From contig OZ244070.1 in the NCBI GenBank assembly GCA_965215605.1, positions 800,001-864,000 on the forward strand: a stretch of DNA of 64,000 nucleotides, given 5' to 3'. Source of the stretch: an uncultured Candidatus Binatia bacterium. Lineage in GTDB: Bacteria > Desulfobacterota > Binatia > UBA9968 > JAJDTQ01. The notes under the pieces are model-generated. The model was not told where the DNA came from. It did not search any database and saw only the letters and a list, made by a program, of their open reading frames with translations. Position numbers and translations under genes: made by a program. Below, piece by piece: positions 40,383 through 50,989 of this stretch (the first letter of the stretch is position 1; every line of letters starts with the position of its first letter).

Positions 40383-41050
40383 CGGGGCGGCGTTCGCACG
40401 CCCGTTGCCTGCTCGCCGCGGCCGGCTGCGCGCTGACGCTCGCGGCGCAACCCGGTGCGGCAAGGGATCTCGGGGTCCGCGGCGCTGTGTGGCCGGTAGC
40501 CGAGCCCGACCTCCTCGCGGAGATCGGGGACCGGCTTGGAGAGCTGGAGGCGTCCGGTGAAATGGCCCGCATGCGCGTCGAGGCCGTGGAGCGGGCGCGG
40601 CGGCGGATCGAGGCCCCGGGACGCGTCGCAGGCATCGCGGCGGCGCGCGTTCACCGCACCCGGCTCTTCGATCCTTCCATGACTCTGGACCGGGACATCC
40701 GGGCGGCGGACGGGACCCTGATCGCGGCCCGCGGCGCGCGGGTCAACCCGCTCGACGCGCGCCCGCTCACGCGCGACCTGCTGTTCATCGACGGGGCGCG
40801 GCCCGTGGAGGTCGCCTGGGCGCTCAGGCATGGACGGCCCGCGAGGATCGTGCTCGTGGGGGGCCGTCCGCTGGAGCTCATGCGCGCCCACGGCCGGCCG
40901 TTCTACTTCGACCAGGGCGGCCGGCTGTCGAGGCGGCTGGGGCTCCGCGCCACCCCGTCGGTGATCGCGGCCGAGGGACCGGTGCTTCGAATCACCGAGG
41001 TGCCGCTCGAAGACGAAACGGACCCGGCAACTGCGGGAGAACGGCCATGA
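40379..41050 (+). CDS. traW: F-type T4SS TraW
   Basis: DLGVRGAVWPVAEPDLL, VNPLD, FIDG and YFDQGG motifs. Confidence 0.9.
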   Translation: MTGRRSHARCLLAAAGCALTLAAQPGAARDLGVRGAVWPVAEPDLLAEIGDRLGELEASGEMARMRVEAVERARRRIEAPGRVAGIAAARVHRTRLFDPSMTLDRDIRAADGTLIAARGARVNPLDARPLTRDLLFIDGARPVEVAWALRHGRPARIVLVGGRPLELMRAHGRPFYFDQGGRLSRRLGLRATPSVIAAEGPVLRITEVPLEDETDPATAGERP

Positions 41051-42048
41051 GGTTCCTGACGGCCATCGGCGCGGCGCTCGTGCTCGCCGGCTTTCTGTCT
41101 GCGGGGACCGCGCACGCGCAGTCGTGCACAGGCCGCTTCGTGAACCCGGTGACGGACGTGTGCTGGGAGTGCCTGTTCCCGATCTCCATCGGGCCGATCC
41201 GCATGGGGAGCGCCGCGGGGGCGCCGGACACGCCCAATCCCGGATCGCCGATCTGCGCCTGCGGCAGCCCGGTCCCCCGCATAGGGCTCTCGCTCGGCGT
41301 GTGGGAGCCGGCGCGGCTCATCGACGCCACCCGCGCGCCCTGGTGCTTCCCCAACCTGGGCGGCATGACCGTGGACCCGGGCCTGCCGGCCGGGCGGGGA
41401 CGCACGGCGTCGTCGGGCGGCGACGGAGCGTCGGGGTCGGTGTGGCACGCCCACTACTACGTCTACCCGCTGCTTTCGTGGATCGGGGCGCTGCTCGACC
41501 TCGGCTGCCTCGAAGGCGGCGGTCCGGACATCGCCTGGGTCTCGGAGCTCGACCCGGCTTGGCGGGACGACGAGCTGTCGTTCCTGATGAACCCGGAGGC
41601 TGCGCTGTTCGCGGACCTCCCGGCCCAGGCGGCCTGCGCCGCGGACTGCGCGGCCGCCTCCGCCGGGCTGCCGCTCGATCCGCTCTTCTGGTGCGCGGGC
41701 TGCCAGGGCGGCATGTATCCCCTGACCGGCAACGTGGCCGCCCACGTGGGCGGGGTCCAGGCGTCTCTTCTCGCGGCCGAGCGGCTCGTGTTCCGCCTGC
41801 ACCGGCTGCTGCTCGCCCAGGGCACCTCCGGTTCGGCGGCGCTCTGCGGGCGATACCCGATGCCGATCATGAAGAAGTCGCAGTACCGCTGGCAGATGAC
41901 GCAGCCGGTGCCGGCCACATCGCCGCTCACGGGCTGCAACCCCACGGGACGGTCCTCCGTGCTGTGGGAGGCGCTCCGGGAGCTTCCGGCGGCTGGCGAG
42001 AATTTCGGGTACCTGCTCTGGCGCAAGCGCAACTGCTGTCTTCTGTGA
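41047..42048 (+). CDS. traU: F-type T4SS TraU
   Basis: CTGRFVNPVTDVCWECLFP, FWCAGCQG and WRKRNCC motifs. Confidence 0.93.
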   Translation: MRFLTAIGAALVLAGFLSAGTAHAQSCTGRFVNPVTDVCWECLFPISIGPIRMGSAAGAPDTPNPGSPICACGSPVPRIGLSLGVWEPARLIDATRAPWCFPNLGGMTVDPGLPAGRGRTASSGGDGASGSVWHAHYYVYPLLSWIGALLDLGCLEGGGPDIAWVSELDPAWRDDELSFLMNPEAALFADLPAQAACAADCAAASAGLPLDPLFWCAGCQGGMYPLTGNVAAHVGGVQASLLAAERLVFRLHRLLLAQGTSGSAALCGRYPMPIMKKSQYRWQMTQPVPATSPLTGCNPTGRSSVLWEALRELPAAGENFGYLLWRKRNCCLL

Positions 42049-42058
42049 GGACGCGGGC

Positions 42059-42772
42059 ATGAACGACAAACGATTTTCCATCGCCGCCGCCGCAGTGGTC
42101 TGCGCGTTCCTTTTGGCGGGCGGGTCCGGCTCGGGACGCGCGCAGGGAACGCCCAAGGACCTGGCGCGGGAGATGGTGGATCAGGTGCTGCGCGGGGCCG
42201 GGCCGCACCGCCGCCGCAACCTGGAAAGCTGGTCGCGTTCGGTGATCGAGCGCGCGCTGGAACGCACGGGGCGGAAGGCCTCCGGCGGGTCCGCTCCCCT
42301 CCCGGCCGAGGGTCATGCGGGCCGCTTGCCGGCGAGCCTTTCCCGCCGCGCCGGAGGTCCCGAGGTGATCGTCTTCATGAGCCTTTCAGCGCCCGCGGCG
42401 AGCTGGCGGCAGTGGAGCCGGGAGGCCGCGCGCACCGGCGCGCCGCTGGTGCTGCGCGGGGTTGGTCCGGACGGGCTTCAGGCCACGGTGAAGCGCATCG
42501 GCGCGCGCCTGGACCGCGGCGGCGCTGCCGCCATCGATCCGCGCCTGTTCCGTCTGTTCCGCGTCTCGGTGATTCCCGCGGTCGTGGTGGTTCCCGGCGG
42601 GGTCCCGCCGTGCGAGAGCCGGGGCTGCCTTTCGGACGCGGTCCCGCCCCACGACCGGATCGCCGGGAACATCGGCCTCGGGGCCGCGCTCGAAGCCATC
42701 GTTGCCGAGGGCGGACCCGGCCGCGCGGCCGCCGCCCGCCATCTGGCGAAGCTGAGAGGGAGTCTTCCATGA
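42059..42772 (+). CDS. trbC: F-type pilus assembly protein TrbC
   Basis: VFMSLS.P, LVLRG, IDPRLF..F....PA.V and D...GN motifs. Confidence 0.88.
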   Translation: MNDKRFSIAAAAVVCAFLLAGGSGSGRAQGTPKDLAREMVDQVLRGAGPHRRRNLESWSRSVIERALERTGRKASGGSAPLPAEGHAGRLPASLSRRAGGPEVIVFMSLSAPAASWRQWSREAARTGAPLVLRGVGPDGLQATVKRIGARLDRGGAAAIDPRLFRLFRVSVIPAVVVVPGGVPPCESRGCLSDAVPPHDRIAGNIGLGAALEAIVAEGGPGRAAAARHLAKLRGSLP

Positions 42773-43845
42773 AACGCCCCTGGGGAATGAAGGCAACCAT
42801 CGCAAGCATTCTTCTGGCGGGGCAACTCGCCGCTGTCGGCGCCGGCGCGGAAGACCCCAAGGCCGCGGCGCGCGCCGTGGGACAGGCGGGAGGGGCCCGG
42901 GCGGGCGCCGTTGCGAGGGACCCGGGCTCCGCCGCGCGCGTGCCGGGCTACGCGGGCACGAATCCGCCCGAAAGGGGCATCGGCGCCGGCGAGCTGGAAA
43001 CGGCCGCCGCGCGGGCGCTGGCCGATCCCTCCGATCCCGGCGGCAGGGCCGGGCGGGCGGTGATCGAGGGCTCGGCCCTGCGTCCGGCGGCGAAGGTCGA
43101 GCCGGACGATCCGATGGTGCGGCGCGGGGACGGAATCGAGGCCGGCGCGCAATCGCCGGCATGGCGGGCGGACGGGCTCGCTTCGGGCTCGGTCGCGGCT
43201 TGCGGGGCCGGGGTGGAGGCCGCCGGGTCGGGCGGGGGATGCGGGTCCGTGTCGTGGTGCGTGGGGGCGGATTGCCAGACCGCGGAGCCGCAGGCCAACA
43301 CGGGGTTCGTGGAGTCGACGGCGCGGCTCAACATGGCGCTTGAGCTGGGCGGCGAGGAGTTCGACCGCGAGAACCTCCGGTTCTTCAACGGCGATCGGCG
43401 CTCGTGCCGCATCCGCTGGGGAGGGCTCGCCAACTGCTGCAAGGACTCGGGCGTGCTGGTGGGCCTCGGGAACTGCACGGAGGCGGAGCGGCTCCTGGCC
43501 GAGGAGCGCCACGCCGGCAACACGCACTACCTGGGGAAGCGTTGCACAAGGCGCGTCTTCGGGGTGTGCACGCGCCGGGAGCGTTCCTGGTGCGTGTTCG
43601 GCTCGAAGCTCGGACGGATCCTCCAGCAAGCGGCCCGGAGCCAGCTCGGGATCGGCTGGGGAAACTGCCGGGGCTTCACGGTCGCGGAGATGGAGCGCAT
43701 CGACTTCGAGGCGGTGGACCTCTCGGAGTTCGCCGAGGACCTTGTGGACGGGTCGCGCGAGCCGTCCATCGACCTCCCGGAAGCGGACCGGGCGGGCGCG
43801 GTGATGCGTGCGCGCATCGAGGACTTCTACGGGAGGACCAAGTGA
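42769..43845 (+). CDS. traN: Mating-pair stabilisation protein TraN (short form, 358 aa)
   Basis: Signal peptide; Cys-rich C-terminus NCCK..C..HYLG..C..C...WCVFGSKLGRILQQ..R.QL..CRGFT..E...IDF..VDLSEF. Confidence 0.85.
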   Translation: MKRPWGMKATIASILLAGQLAAVGAGAEDPKAAARAVGQAGGARAGAVARDPGSAARVPGYAGTNPPERGIGAGELETAAARALADPSDPGGRAGRAVIEGSALRPAAKVEPDDPMVRRGDGIEAGAQSPAWRADGLASGSVAACGAGVEAAGSGGGCGSVSWCVGADCQTAEPQANTGFVESTARLNMALELGGEEFDRENLRFFNGDRRSCRIRWGGLANCCKDSGVLVGLGNCTEAERLLAEERHAGNTHYLGKRCTRRVFGVCTRRERSWCVFGSKLGRILQQAARSQLGIGWGNCRGFTVAEMERIDFEAVDLSEFAEDLVDGSREPSIDLPEADRAGAVMRARIEDFYGRTK

Positions 43846-44678
43846 CGGGCGCGGCCGTGAACGGGGCATTGGCGGGGGCCCTCGCCTGCGTCCTGGGGGC
43901 GGGGGCGGCGTTGCCCGCGGACGCGCGGGAATGGCGGCCGTGGTGCGGTCCGCGGGAAGGCGTGGAAGAAGGCCCATCCCGGTCCCTCGGCTGGCATTTC
44001 TACTGCGACCGGGACAGGGAGGAGCCGGAGGACGGCGCTTCGATGCCCGAGTCCCCGCCCGTCCGGCCCGGGAGCGCGATGGAGCGGGTTCTCGAAATGC
44101 GCCGGAACCTGGAGGAGGCCCGGGCCAGGGCCGTCCTCGATCCGGGCGCGGAGAACGTTTCGGCCTACCTCCGGCTTCAACAGGAAACCCTTCAGCGGGC
44201 CGCGTCCTTCTCGGACGCGTTCCGCCGCACGGTGTGGGGAAACCCGGAACTCGACTACACGCTCAGGCGTCCGGTGGGCGCGCTCGCCAAGAGGCTCTGG
44301 TCGGACGAACGGCGCGCCGAGCGCGCCGCGGCGCTGGCCCGGCTGGGCGAGCGCTACGGTCTCATCTACCTCGGCAGTGCGCAATGTCCGGGATGCCGCG
44401 TATTCGGCCCGCTGCTGCGCGCCTTCGCGCTCCGCTACGGGCTGGACGTGCTTGCGGTGTCGCTTACCGGCGAGCCGCTCGAAGGCTGGCCCGAGGCGTC
44501 GCCGGACCATGGGCGCGCGGCGCGGCTGGGGCTCGGGACCCGGGTCGTCCCGGCCGTGTTCCTCTACGACACGCAAAGGTCGAAGGCGCTGGCGGTGTCG
44601 TTCGGGGTGGTGGCCGAGGACCAGCTCGCCGAGCGCATCTTCGCGCTCACCGCGCGGGAGGTGGGAAGTGACTATTAG
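43842..44678 (+). CDS. traF: F-type TraF (thioredoxin-like fold)
   Basis: GWHFYCD, A...P..EN..Y, PELDY, CPGC and VS..G motifs. Confidence 0.88.
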   Translation: MTGAAVNGALAGALACVLGAGAALPADAREWRPWCGPREGVEEGPSRSLGWHFYCDRDREEPEDGASMPESPPVRPGSAMERVLEMRRNLEEARARAVLDPGAENVSAYLRLQQETLQRAASFSDAFRRTVWGNPELDYTLRRPVGALAKRLWSDERRAERAAALARLGERYGLIYLGSAQCPGCRVFGPLLRAFALRYGLDVLAVSLTGEPLEGWPEASPDHGRAARLGLGTRVVPAVFLYDTQRSKALAVSFGVVAEDQLAERIFALTAREVGSDY

Positions 44679-46080
44679 ACGCAGACTCGCGGCGGCGCTG
44701 ACGGCGTTGGGACTCGGCCTCGCGCCGTCCGCCCATGCGGACGTCCTCTCGGAGATGGAGAACTTCTGGAGGGGCGCGGCGGTGAACACCACCGGGCCGA
44801 CCGCGTTCGACGGCCAGGCCTCCGGCCACTGGACCCTCGGCAACCTCTACCTTCGCGCGCCGGTGCGCCAGGAGTCCATCGCGACGGTGAGCCTGCCGTC
44901 GTTCCGCGCGGGCTGCGGCGGCATCGACGCGTTCGCGGGGTCGTTCTCGTTCATCGACTCCGACCAGTTGATCGCCTTCGGCCGCGCCGTGGCCCAGAAC
45001 GCCGCGGGCTTCGCCTTCGAGCTGGCCCTGGAGACCATCTCGCCGGTGATCGCCGAGACCATGTCCAAGCTCCGGGCCCTGGCCCAGTGGGTGAACAACC
45101 AGAACCTCGACTCCTGCGAGACCGCGCAGGCCCTGGTGGGGGCGGTGTGGTCGCGGAACGACCGGGCGAGCGCGGCCATCTGCGCGGCGGTGGGCGCGCG
45201 GCAGGGGATCTTCTCGGACTACGCCGCCGCCCGCCACGGCTGCGGCGCGGACGGCAAGCGGAACTCGACCCTGGCCGCCGCCTCGGGGCCGCTCAAGGAA
45301 CAGGTCCCGGTGAACGTCAACTACGGCTGGCGCGCGGTGAAGGCGTCGAGCTTCCTGGGCGCGGACCGGGACCTGGGGGAGTTCGCCATGACGGTCTCCG
45401 GGACCGTGATCGTCACCGCGCCGGTCTCGGACGGCGACGCTTCGGGCCCGCGGGTGCGAATCCTGGAGCCTCTGGCGCTGGACCGCCGGGTGACCGAGGT
45501 CCTGATGGAGGGCGGCGGGGAGCTTCCGGTCTACCGCTGCGACACCGCCACGGACTGCCTGAACCCCGCCCTGGGGCGGCTTTCGGTGCCCGCGGGACGG
45601 GGCTTCCGGAACCGGGTGGCGGACCTGCTGAGGCGTCTCATCGAGGCGGTGCGCACGGACACGGCGCCGCCGGCCGACGCCCTGGGGCTCGTGAACCTCA
45701 CCACCCTGCCGGTCTACCGGATCGTGAACACGGCCGCGGCCTACCGCGGCGCGGTGGTGGAGCAGGAGGTGGACTCCCTGGCCGAGGCCGTGGCTCTGGA
45801 CGTGCTCCAGGTGTGGATCTCGGACCTTCACCGGACGGTGGAGGAGCGCGCGGGCGCCCTTGACATCGCCGACGGCGACCAACTGGAGCGCTGGCGGGAG
45901 GGGCTTCGCCGGAACCGGGCGGCGCTGGCGCGCCACCGCCACGAGGGGCTCCAGCGGTTCAACACCGCTCTGGCCGTGGTGGAGAAGCTGAGGCTCATCG
46001 AGACCGAACTCGCCGGAGCGCTCTCCGCCGACCTCCGCGCCGCGCTCGCCTTCTCCCGCGGCGCCGCGGGGTCCCGTTAG
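44668..46080 (+). CDS. traH: F-type T4SS TraH
   Basis: N.TGP..F.GQ..G, LPSFRAGCGGIDAFAGSFSFI and FELAL motifs. Confidence 0.92.
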   Translation: MTIRRRLAAALTALGLGLAPSAHADVLSEMENFWRGAAVNTTGPTAFDGQASGHWTLGNLYLRAPVRQESIATVSLPSFRAGCGGIDAFAGSFSFIDSDQLIAFGRAVAQNAAGFAFELALETISPVIAETMSKLRALAQWVNNQNLDSCETAQALVGAVWSRNDRASAAICAAVGARQGIFSDYAAARHGCGADGKRNSTLAAASGPLKEQVPVNVNYGWRAVKASSFLGADRDLGEFAMTVSGTVIVTAPVSDGDASGPRVRILEPLALDRRVTEVLMEGGGELPVYRCDTATDCLNPALGRLSVPAGRGFRNRVADLLRRLIEAVRTDTAPPADALGLVNLTTLPVYRIVNTAAAYRGAVVEQEVDSLAEAVALDVLQVWISDLHRTVEERAGALDIADGDQLERWREGLRRNRAALARHRHEGLQRFNTALAVVEKLRLIETELAGALSADLRAALAFSRGAAGSR

Positions 46081-46113
46081 AGCCGGGCGCAGAGGCGTTC
46101 AGGAAAGGCGGCC

Positions 46114-48975
46114 GTGTACGAACTCTTCACCCTGGGGGGCGGAACCTACCTGGTGGACCTCCTGAACGCGGTCGCCGCCATCACCGGCGGGGGGGCCTTC
46201 GTGACGCTGGCGCAGTTGGCGGGCGTGGCCGGCCTTGCCTGGGCGCTCTTCCGCACGGCCTTCGGCGGCTCGTGGAAGGACAACGCCAGATGGCTGCTGC
46301 TCTTCATGACGGTGTGGGGCGCCATGGTGGCGCCCAAGACCACGGTCCGGGTGGTGGACCGGCTCGACCCGGCGCTGGCCCCGGCCGTGGTCGCCAACGT
46401 CCCCATCGGCCTGGCGCTCTTCGCGGCTCTCACCAGCCAGGTGGGCGACGGGCTCACGCGGCTCACCGAGCAGGCCTTCTCGCTTCCCAACGACCTCACC
46501 TACCGCCGCCACGGGCTGATCTTCGGCGCGCGGCTCGCGGCCGAGGCCACGCGCATGGAGGTCACCGACGCGGTGTTCGCCCGGAACCTCCGGGCCTACG
46601 CGCGCCAATGCGTGTTCCACGCGCTCCTTCTGGGCCACATCTCGGCGGACGATCTCCGGGAGAGCACGGACATCTGGGGGCTGGTCACGGCCACGGGCTC
46701 GCCGTCGGCCGGAGCGTCGCCCGCGCGCATGGTCGAGTACGCGACCCGCGGCGCTCCGTCGGGCACGGGCGCCACCCCGGTGGACCGGGTCATCGTCACC
46801 TGCGCCGAGGCCGCGGCGCGGCTGAACGCGCTGTGGGCGGCGGAAATCGCCCGGGCGTCGGGCATCTTCGGGCGTCGGCTCTTTCCCGGAGCGCGGACCG
46901 AGGCCCTGGCCCGGGCCGAACTCATGGCGGCGCTGCCCGCGGCCCACGGCTACCTGATCGGCGCCTCGCGGAGCGCGGCCGAGATCCTCCGCCAGCAGAT
47001 GGTGCTGAACGCCGTCCACGACGCCGGCGAGCAGTGGGCGTCCGAGGCCGGCAACGCCGCCGCGCTCCGGTCCTACACCGAAGCCCGGGCCGAGACCCAG
47101 ACCGTCTCCGCCTACCGGGCCATCGGCCGACAGGCCGAGACCTGGGTGCCCATGCTCCGCATCGTGTTCGAGTGCCTCTACGTGGGCGCCTTCCCCATGG
47201 CCGTGCTGCTCATGCTCACACCGGCGGGGGCGGGCATCGTCCGTTCCTACTTCTCCGGGCTCGTGTGGCTTCAGAGCTGGGGGCCGCTCTACGCCATCCT
47301 CCACCGCATCGCCATGGGCGAGGCGGCCGAGCGCATGAGCGCGGGGGCGCTCATGCCCGGAGGCGACATCGGCGTGTCGCTCGTGGCCCAGGCCGGGATA
47401 CAGGCGGTGGCCGCGGACGTGGCCGTCATGTCGGGCTACCTGTCGATGTCGGTGCCGTTCCTGGCCGCGGGGCTGGCCTACGGCGTGGGACGGGCCACCG
47501 CGCTGGCCACCTCGGTGCTCGCCGTGGGCCAGGAAGCGGCGTCCTCGGCGGCGCAGGAGGGCACCACGGGGAACGTGTCGCTTGCCAACACCGCGTCCGA
47601 CACCCACCGCTTCGCGAGTGTCGAGGGAAACCAGCTCCGCACCTCCCCGCACGTCGACACCGGCCGCTACACCGGGTTCGCCCCCGGGGGCGCGGGCTTC
47701 ACCGTGACCGGGGACGGCACCGCGGTGGTGGACGCCGGCTCCGCCACGAGCCGGATTCCGGCGGCCGGGATAAGGCTCTCGGAGTCCCTTGCGGCGAGCC
47801 ACGAGAACCGGGCCGGGGCCGCCCAGGAGCAGGCCCGGCACTGGTCGGCCGAGGCCGCGCAGGCGCGCACCGCGGCCGCCACCGATTCCGCGGCCATGGT
47901 GGAGCGGTTCTCCCGCGACGTCAACACCGGCGTCGCGCATTCGAGGGGCGTGACCGAAAGCGAGGGCCGGACGGTCCAGACCCTCGAGTCCCACTTCGAG
48001 AGGCTGTCCGAGGCGGGCGGCATCACCAGGGAGCAGGCCGCGGCCCTCACGAGCGAGGCCCGGGCCGGCGGGGGCTTCAACTTCATCGTGAAGGCAGGCG
48101 CGGACGGGTCGGTGAACTGGCGCAAGCAGACCTTCAGCCGGGAAGCCTGGAACCGGATGACGGACTACGCCGAGCAGAACAACCTGCTGGACCTCTGGTC
48201 CCGGGCCGCGGAGGCGTCGAGGCGCTACTCCACGGCGTCGGGCGAGAGCGAGCTCAAGAGCCTGGAGGAGAGCTTCGGCGCCAATCTGACGCGCATGCGC
48301 CGCTACGGCGAGCAGGAGACCCTGAGCCGCCGCGAGGCCGAGAGCTGGAGCCGGCAGGCGGCCGAGGTGCGGAGCGAGGCCCAAGCCATCGACCGGGAAC
48401 TCGGCCAGCCCTTCTTCGCCTGGCTCGCCGCGCGCACGGGCGCGGACGGACGCGGGATCGGCGTGGCGGGCGCGGCGCGCCTGGCCTCCCCCCAGACCCC
48501 GGAGGACGCCGAGGAGCTGCGCGCCCACGCCGCGGCCTTCATCTCGGAGCGGTTCCCCGCGCCCAGGGGGCCGGACCCCGCGTCCGCGCCGGATATGGAG
48601 GACTTCGAGCGGAACCGCGAAGAGCTGCGGGAGTTGCGGCGGCCCGCGCCCGCGGAGGCCTGGGCGGAATGGTCGGGCTGGGCCCGGGACCACGGCCGCG
48701 GCCACGGGACGCACCCGCGGGGAAGCGTCGGGACGCGGGCGGAGCGCGTGCGCGCCGAGACCGACACCGAACTGGACATCCGCGGGGCGGAACGCGAGGC
48801 GCGGAGCGGGGCCGCGGACGAGCGGAACGAGGAAGGCCGCGCCAGGGTGGCCGCGGAAACCGATCAGCCCTTCGGGGAGCACGCCGCGGAGTCGGTTCCG
48901 CTCGTGGGCGAGTGGCTGGGCGGCAAGCTGTACGGCACGGCCCGGAACGCGCCGCCCGGTCAGTCCGGGAAGTAG
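46114..48975 (+). CDS. traG: F-type TraG (VirB6-like N-terminus plus C-terminal extension)
   Basis: LNAVAA, VANVPIGLA, multiple TM segments and WLQSWGPLYAIL. Confidence 0.9.
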   Translation: MYELFTLGGGTYLVDLLNAVAAITGGGAFVTLAQLAGVAGLAWALFRTAFGGSWKDNARWLLLFMTVWGAMVAPKTTVRVVDRLDPALAPAVVANVPIGLALFAALTSQVGDGLTRLTEQAFSLPNDLTYRRHGLIFGARLAAEATRMEVTDAVFARNLRAYARQCVFHALLLGHISADDLRESTDIWGLVTATGSPSAGASPARMVEYATRGAPSGTGATPVDRVIVTCAEAAARLNALWAAEIARASGIFGRRLFPGARTEALARAELMAALPAAHGYLIGASRSAAEILRQQMVLNAVHDAGEQWASEAGNAAALRSYTEARAETQTVSAYRAIGRQAETWVPMLRIVFECLYVGAFPMAVLLMLTPAGAGIVRSYFSGLVWLQSWGPLYAILHRIAMGEAAERMSAGALMPGGDIGVSLVAQAGIQAVAADVAVMSGYLSMSVPFLAAGLAYGVGRATALATSVLAVGQEAASSAAQEGTTGNVSLANTASDTHRFASVEGNQLRTSPHVDTGRYTGFAPGGAGFTVTGDGTAVVDAGSATSRIPAAGIRLSESLAASHENRAGAAQEQARHWSAEAAQARTAAATDSAAMVERFSRDVNTGVAHSRGVTESEGRTVQTLESHFERLSEAGGITREQAAALTSEARAGGGFNFIVKAGADGSVNWRKQTFSREAWNRMTDYAEQNNLLDLWSRAAEASRRYSTASGESELKSLEESFGANLTRMRRYGEQETLSRREAESWSRQAAEVRSEAQAIDRELGQPFFAWLAARTGADGRGIGVAGAARLASPQTPEDAEELRAHAAAFISERFPAPRGPDPASAPDMEDFERNREELRELRRPAPAEAWAEWSGWARDHGRGHGTHPRGSVGTRAERVRAETDTELDIRGAEREARSGAADERNEEGRARVAAETDQPFGEHAAESVPLVGEWLGGKLYGTARNAPPGQSGK

Positions 48976-49014
48976 GCGTCCGGCGGTCCCTCGCGGCGGA
49001 AGGAGGATACGGTC

Positions 49015-50988
49015 ATGTTCGGCAAGGCGACGCTCAGGGGAGGCCAGACCCTGCTCCACGACGTGCACATGTGGGGGCAACTGGTGCGCTGGGAGATCCT
49101 GGGCTTCATGGCGGTGGTGGTTCTTCTCCCCGCGGTGTCGCTCTTCCGCGCCACCACGGCCTACGAGTGGCGCATCGTGGGCATGGGAACCATGGCGGAG
49201 CTCAAGCTGTCCCTCGGGTACGCGCCCCACGCGGGCCAGTTCCACGAGTGGCGCGAAGGCGAGAAGACCGCCACGAAGCTCGTGGACATCGTGGCGGACC
49301 GGAGAATCGAGAGGATACGCAAACGCATCCTCGATACGCTCCGCGCCAGGGCCTGGGCGGGCGCCGGATGGGGCGCGGCCGGGATGGCGCTCTCGACCCT
49401 GGCGTTCTGGATCGCGGGGCGGCGCCTGGCGCGGACCAGGCGCCTGCGCGGCGCGGAGCTCGTGACCGCGGGCCAGCTCCGGAGGCGCGTGCAGCCGTTC
49501 TCCGGGCGCCTGGCCGAGGCCCTGTTCCCGGCCGCGCGGCGGGCTTCCTGCCGCATCGCCGGCATCCCCTGGCCCGAGCGCGCCGAGACCCAGCACACCA
49601 TCGTCTCGGGCACCACGGGCTCGGGCAAGACCGTGCTGATCTCCGACCTGGTGGCCCAGGTCCGGGCGCGGGGCGAGCGCTGCATCGTCTACGACAAGAT
49701 GGGGACGTACACGCGGTCCTTCTTCGATCCCGCCGCCGACGTCCTGATGAATCCCCTCGACGCACGCGCTCCGCGCTGGTCGCCCTTCTACGAGGCCAGG
49801 ACGCCGCGGGACTTCGACATGATGGCAGCCGCCCTGATCCCGCAACAGAAGGACACCGTGGACCCGTTCTGGGTGACCGCCGCAAGGCAGCTCTTCGCCA
49901 ACGGAGCGGGAGTGCTCTGGTCGCAGGGCGAGACCGAGAACCGGAAACTCGTCGAGGACCTGCTCAAGACCGAGCTGTCGGAGTTGGCCCAAGCCATGGA
50001 GGGCACCGTGGCCCAGTCCATCGTGAGCCCCGACAACCCCAAGACCGCGCTCTCGGTGCGCGCCATGCTGACCGCGCACCTGGGCGCCCTGGAGTTCCTG
50101 CCGGACACCGGTACGCCCTTTTCGATCCGCGAGTGGGTCGGCCGGGAGGACGGGACGGGGTTCCTGTTCCTGACCTCCAGGGGAGACCAGCACGCGAGCC
50201 TCCGGGGGCTTATCTCGACCTGGCTCGAGATCGCGGTCAACGCGCTGCTCTCGCTCCACCAGGACGGAGCGCGCCGGATCTGGGTGGTCCTGGACGAGCT
50301 TCCCACCCTCCACCAGGTGCCGAGCCTCCAGCCGGGTCTTGCCGAGTCCAGACAGTTTGGCGGCTGCTTCGTGCTGGGCATCCAGGTGTTCTCGGCCCTC
50401 CGCGACATCTACGGGAAGAACGGCGCGGAGACCATCTCCGGGCTCTGCGGGACGCGGGTGGTGCTGTCCGCGCCCGACCAGGAGACCGCGCAGTGGTCGG
50501 CCGAGAGCCTCGGCCGCGGCGAGGTGGAGGAGTACACCCACGGCATGAGCTACGGCGCCAGCACCATGCGCGACGGGGTCTCGCTGACCCAGCACCGCCA
50601 GTTGCGCCCCCTGGCGCTGCCCTCGGAAATCATGCGGCTCGAGAACCTGCACGGGTTCCTGAAATTCCCCGGCCCCTTCCCGGTCGCCGGGATCAAGCTC
50701 CGGTACGTCGACCGCCCGGCTTCCGCCGAACGGTTCGTGCCGCGGAGGGCCGAGCCGGCCGCGGACCCGGACGCCGGCGGGCCGCCGCCGGAGGTGGAAT
50801 TGAAAGGCGACGATGCGGACCCGGTGGACGAACCGGTGAACGTCGACGGTCAGGCGGCGGCGGTTGAGGCGCCGGAGCCTTGCGGGGACGAGGACCGTGG
50901 CGACAACCGCTCCGGCGCGGACCCGCCGCCTTCAGCGCCGGACCCACCCCCGGCATCGGACTCCTCCCCGGCGCGGGACTGGGCCTGA
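49015..50988 (+). CDS. traD: Type IV coupling protein TraD
   Basis: Two TM segments; GTTGSGKT, VYDKMG, NPLDAR..W, LDELPTL and ESRQFGG motifs. Confidence 0.93.
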   Translation: MFGKATLRGGQTLLHDVHMWGQLVRWEILGFMAVVVLLPAVSLFRATTAYEWRIVGMGTMAELKLSLGYAPHAGQFHEWREGEKTATKLVDIVADRRIERIRKRILDTLRARAWAGAGWGAAGMALSTLAFWIAGRRLARTRRLRGAELVTAGQLRRRVQPFSGRLAEALFPAARRASCRIAGIPWPERAETQHTIVSGTTGSGKTVLISDLVAQVRARGERCIVYDKMGTYTRSFFDPAADVLMNPLDARAPRWSPFYEARTPRDFDMMAAALIPQQKDTVDPFWVTAARQLFANGAGVLWSQGETENRKLVEDLLKTELSELAQAMEGTVAQSIVSPDNPKTALSVRAMLTAHLGALEFLPDTGTPFSIREWVGREDGTGFLFLTSRGDQHASLRGLISTWLEIAVNALLSLHQDGARRIWVVLDELPTLHQVPSLQPGLAESRQFGGCFVLGIQVFSALRDIYGKNGAETISGLCGTRVVLSAPDQETAQWSAESLGRGEVEEYTHGMSYGASTMRDGVSLTQHRQLRPLALPSEIMRLENLHGFLKFPGPFPVAGIKLRYVDRPASAERFVPRRAEPAADPDAGGPPPEVELKGDDADPVDEPVNVDGQAAAVEAPEPCGDEDRGDNRSGADPPPSAPDPPPASDSSPARDWA

Positions 50989-50989
50989 G

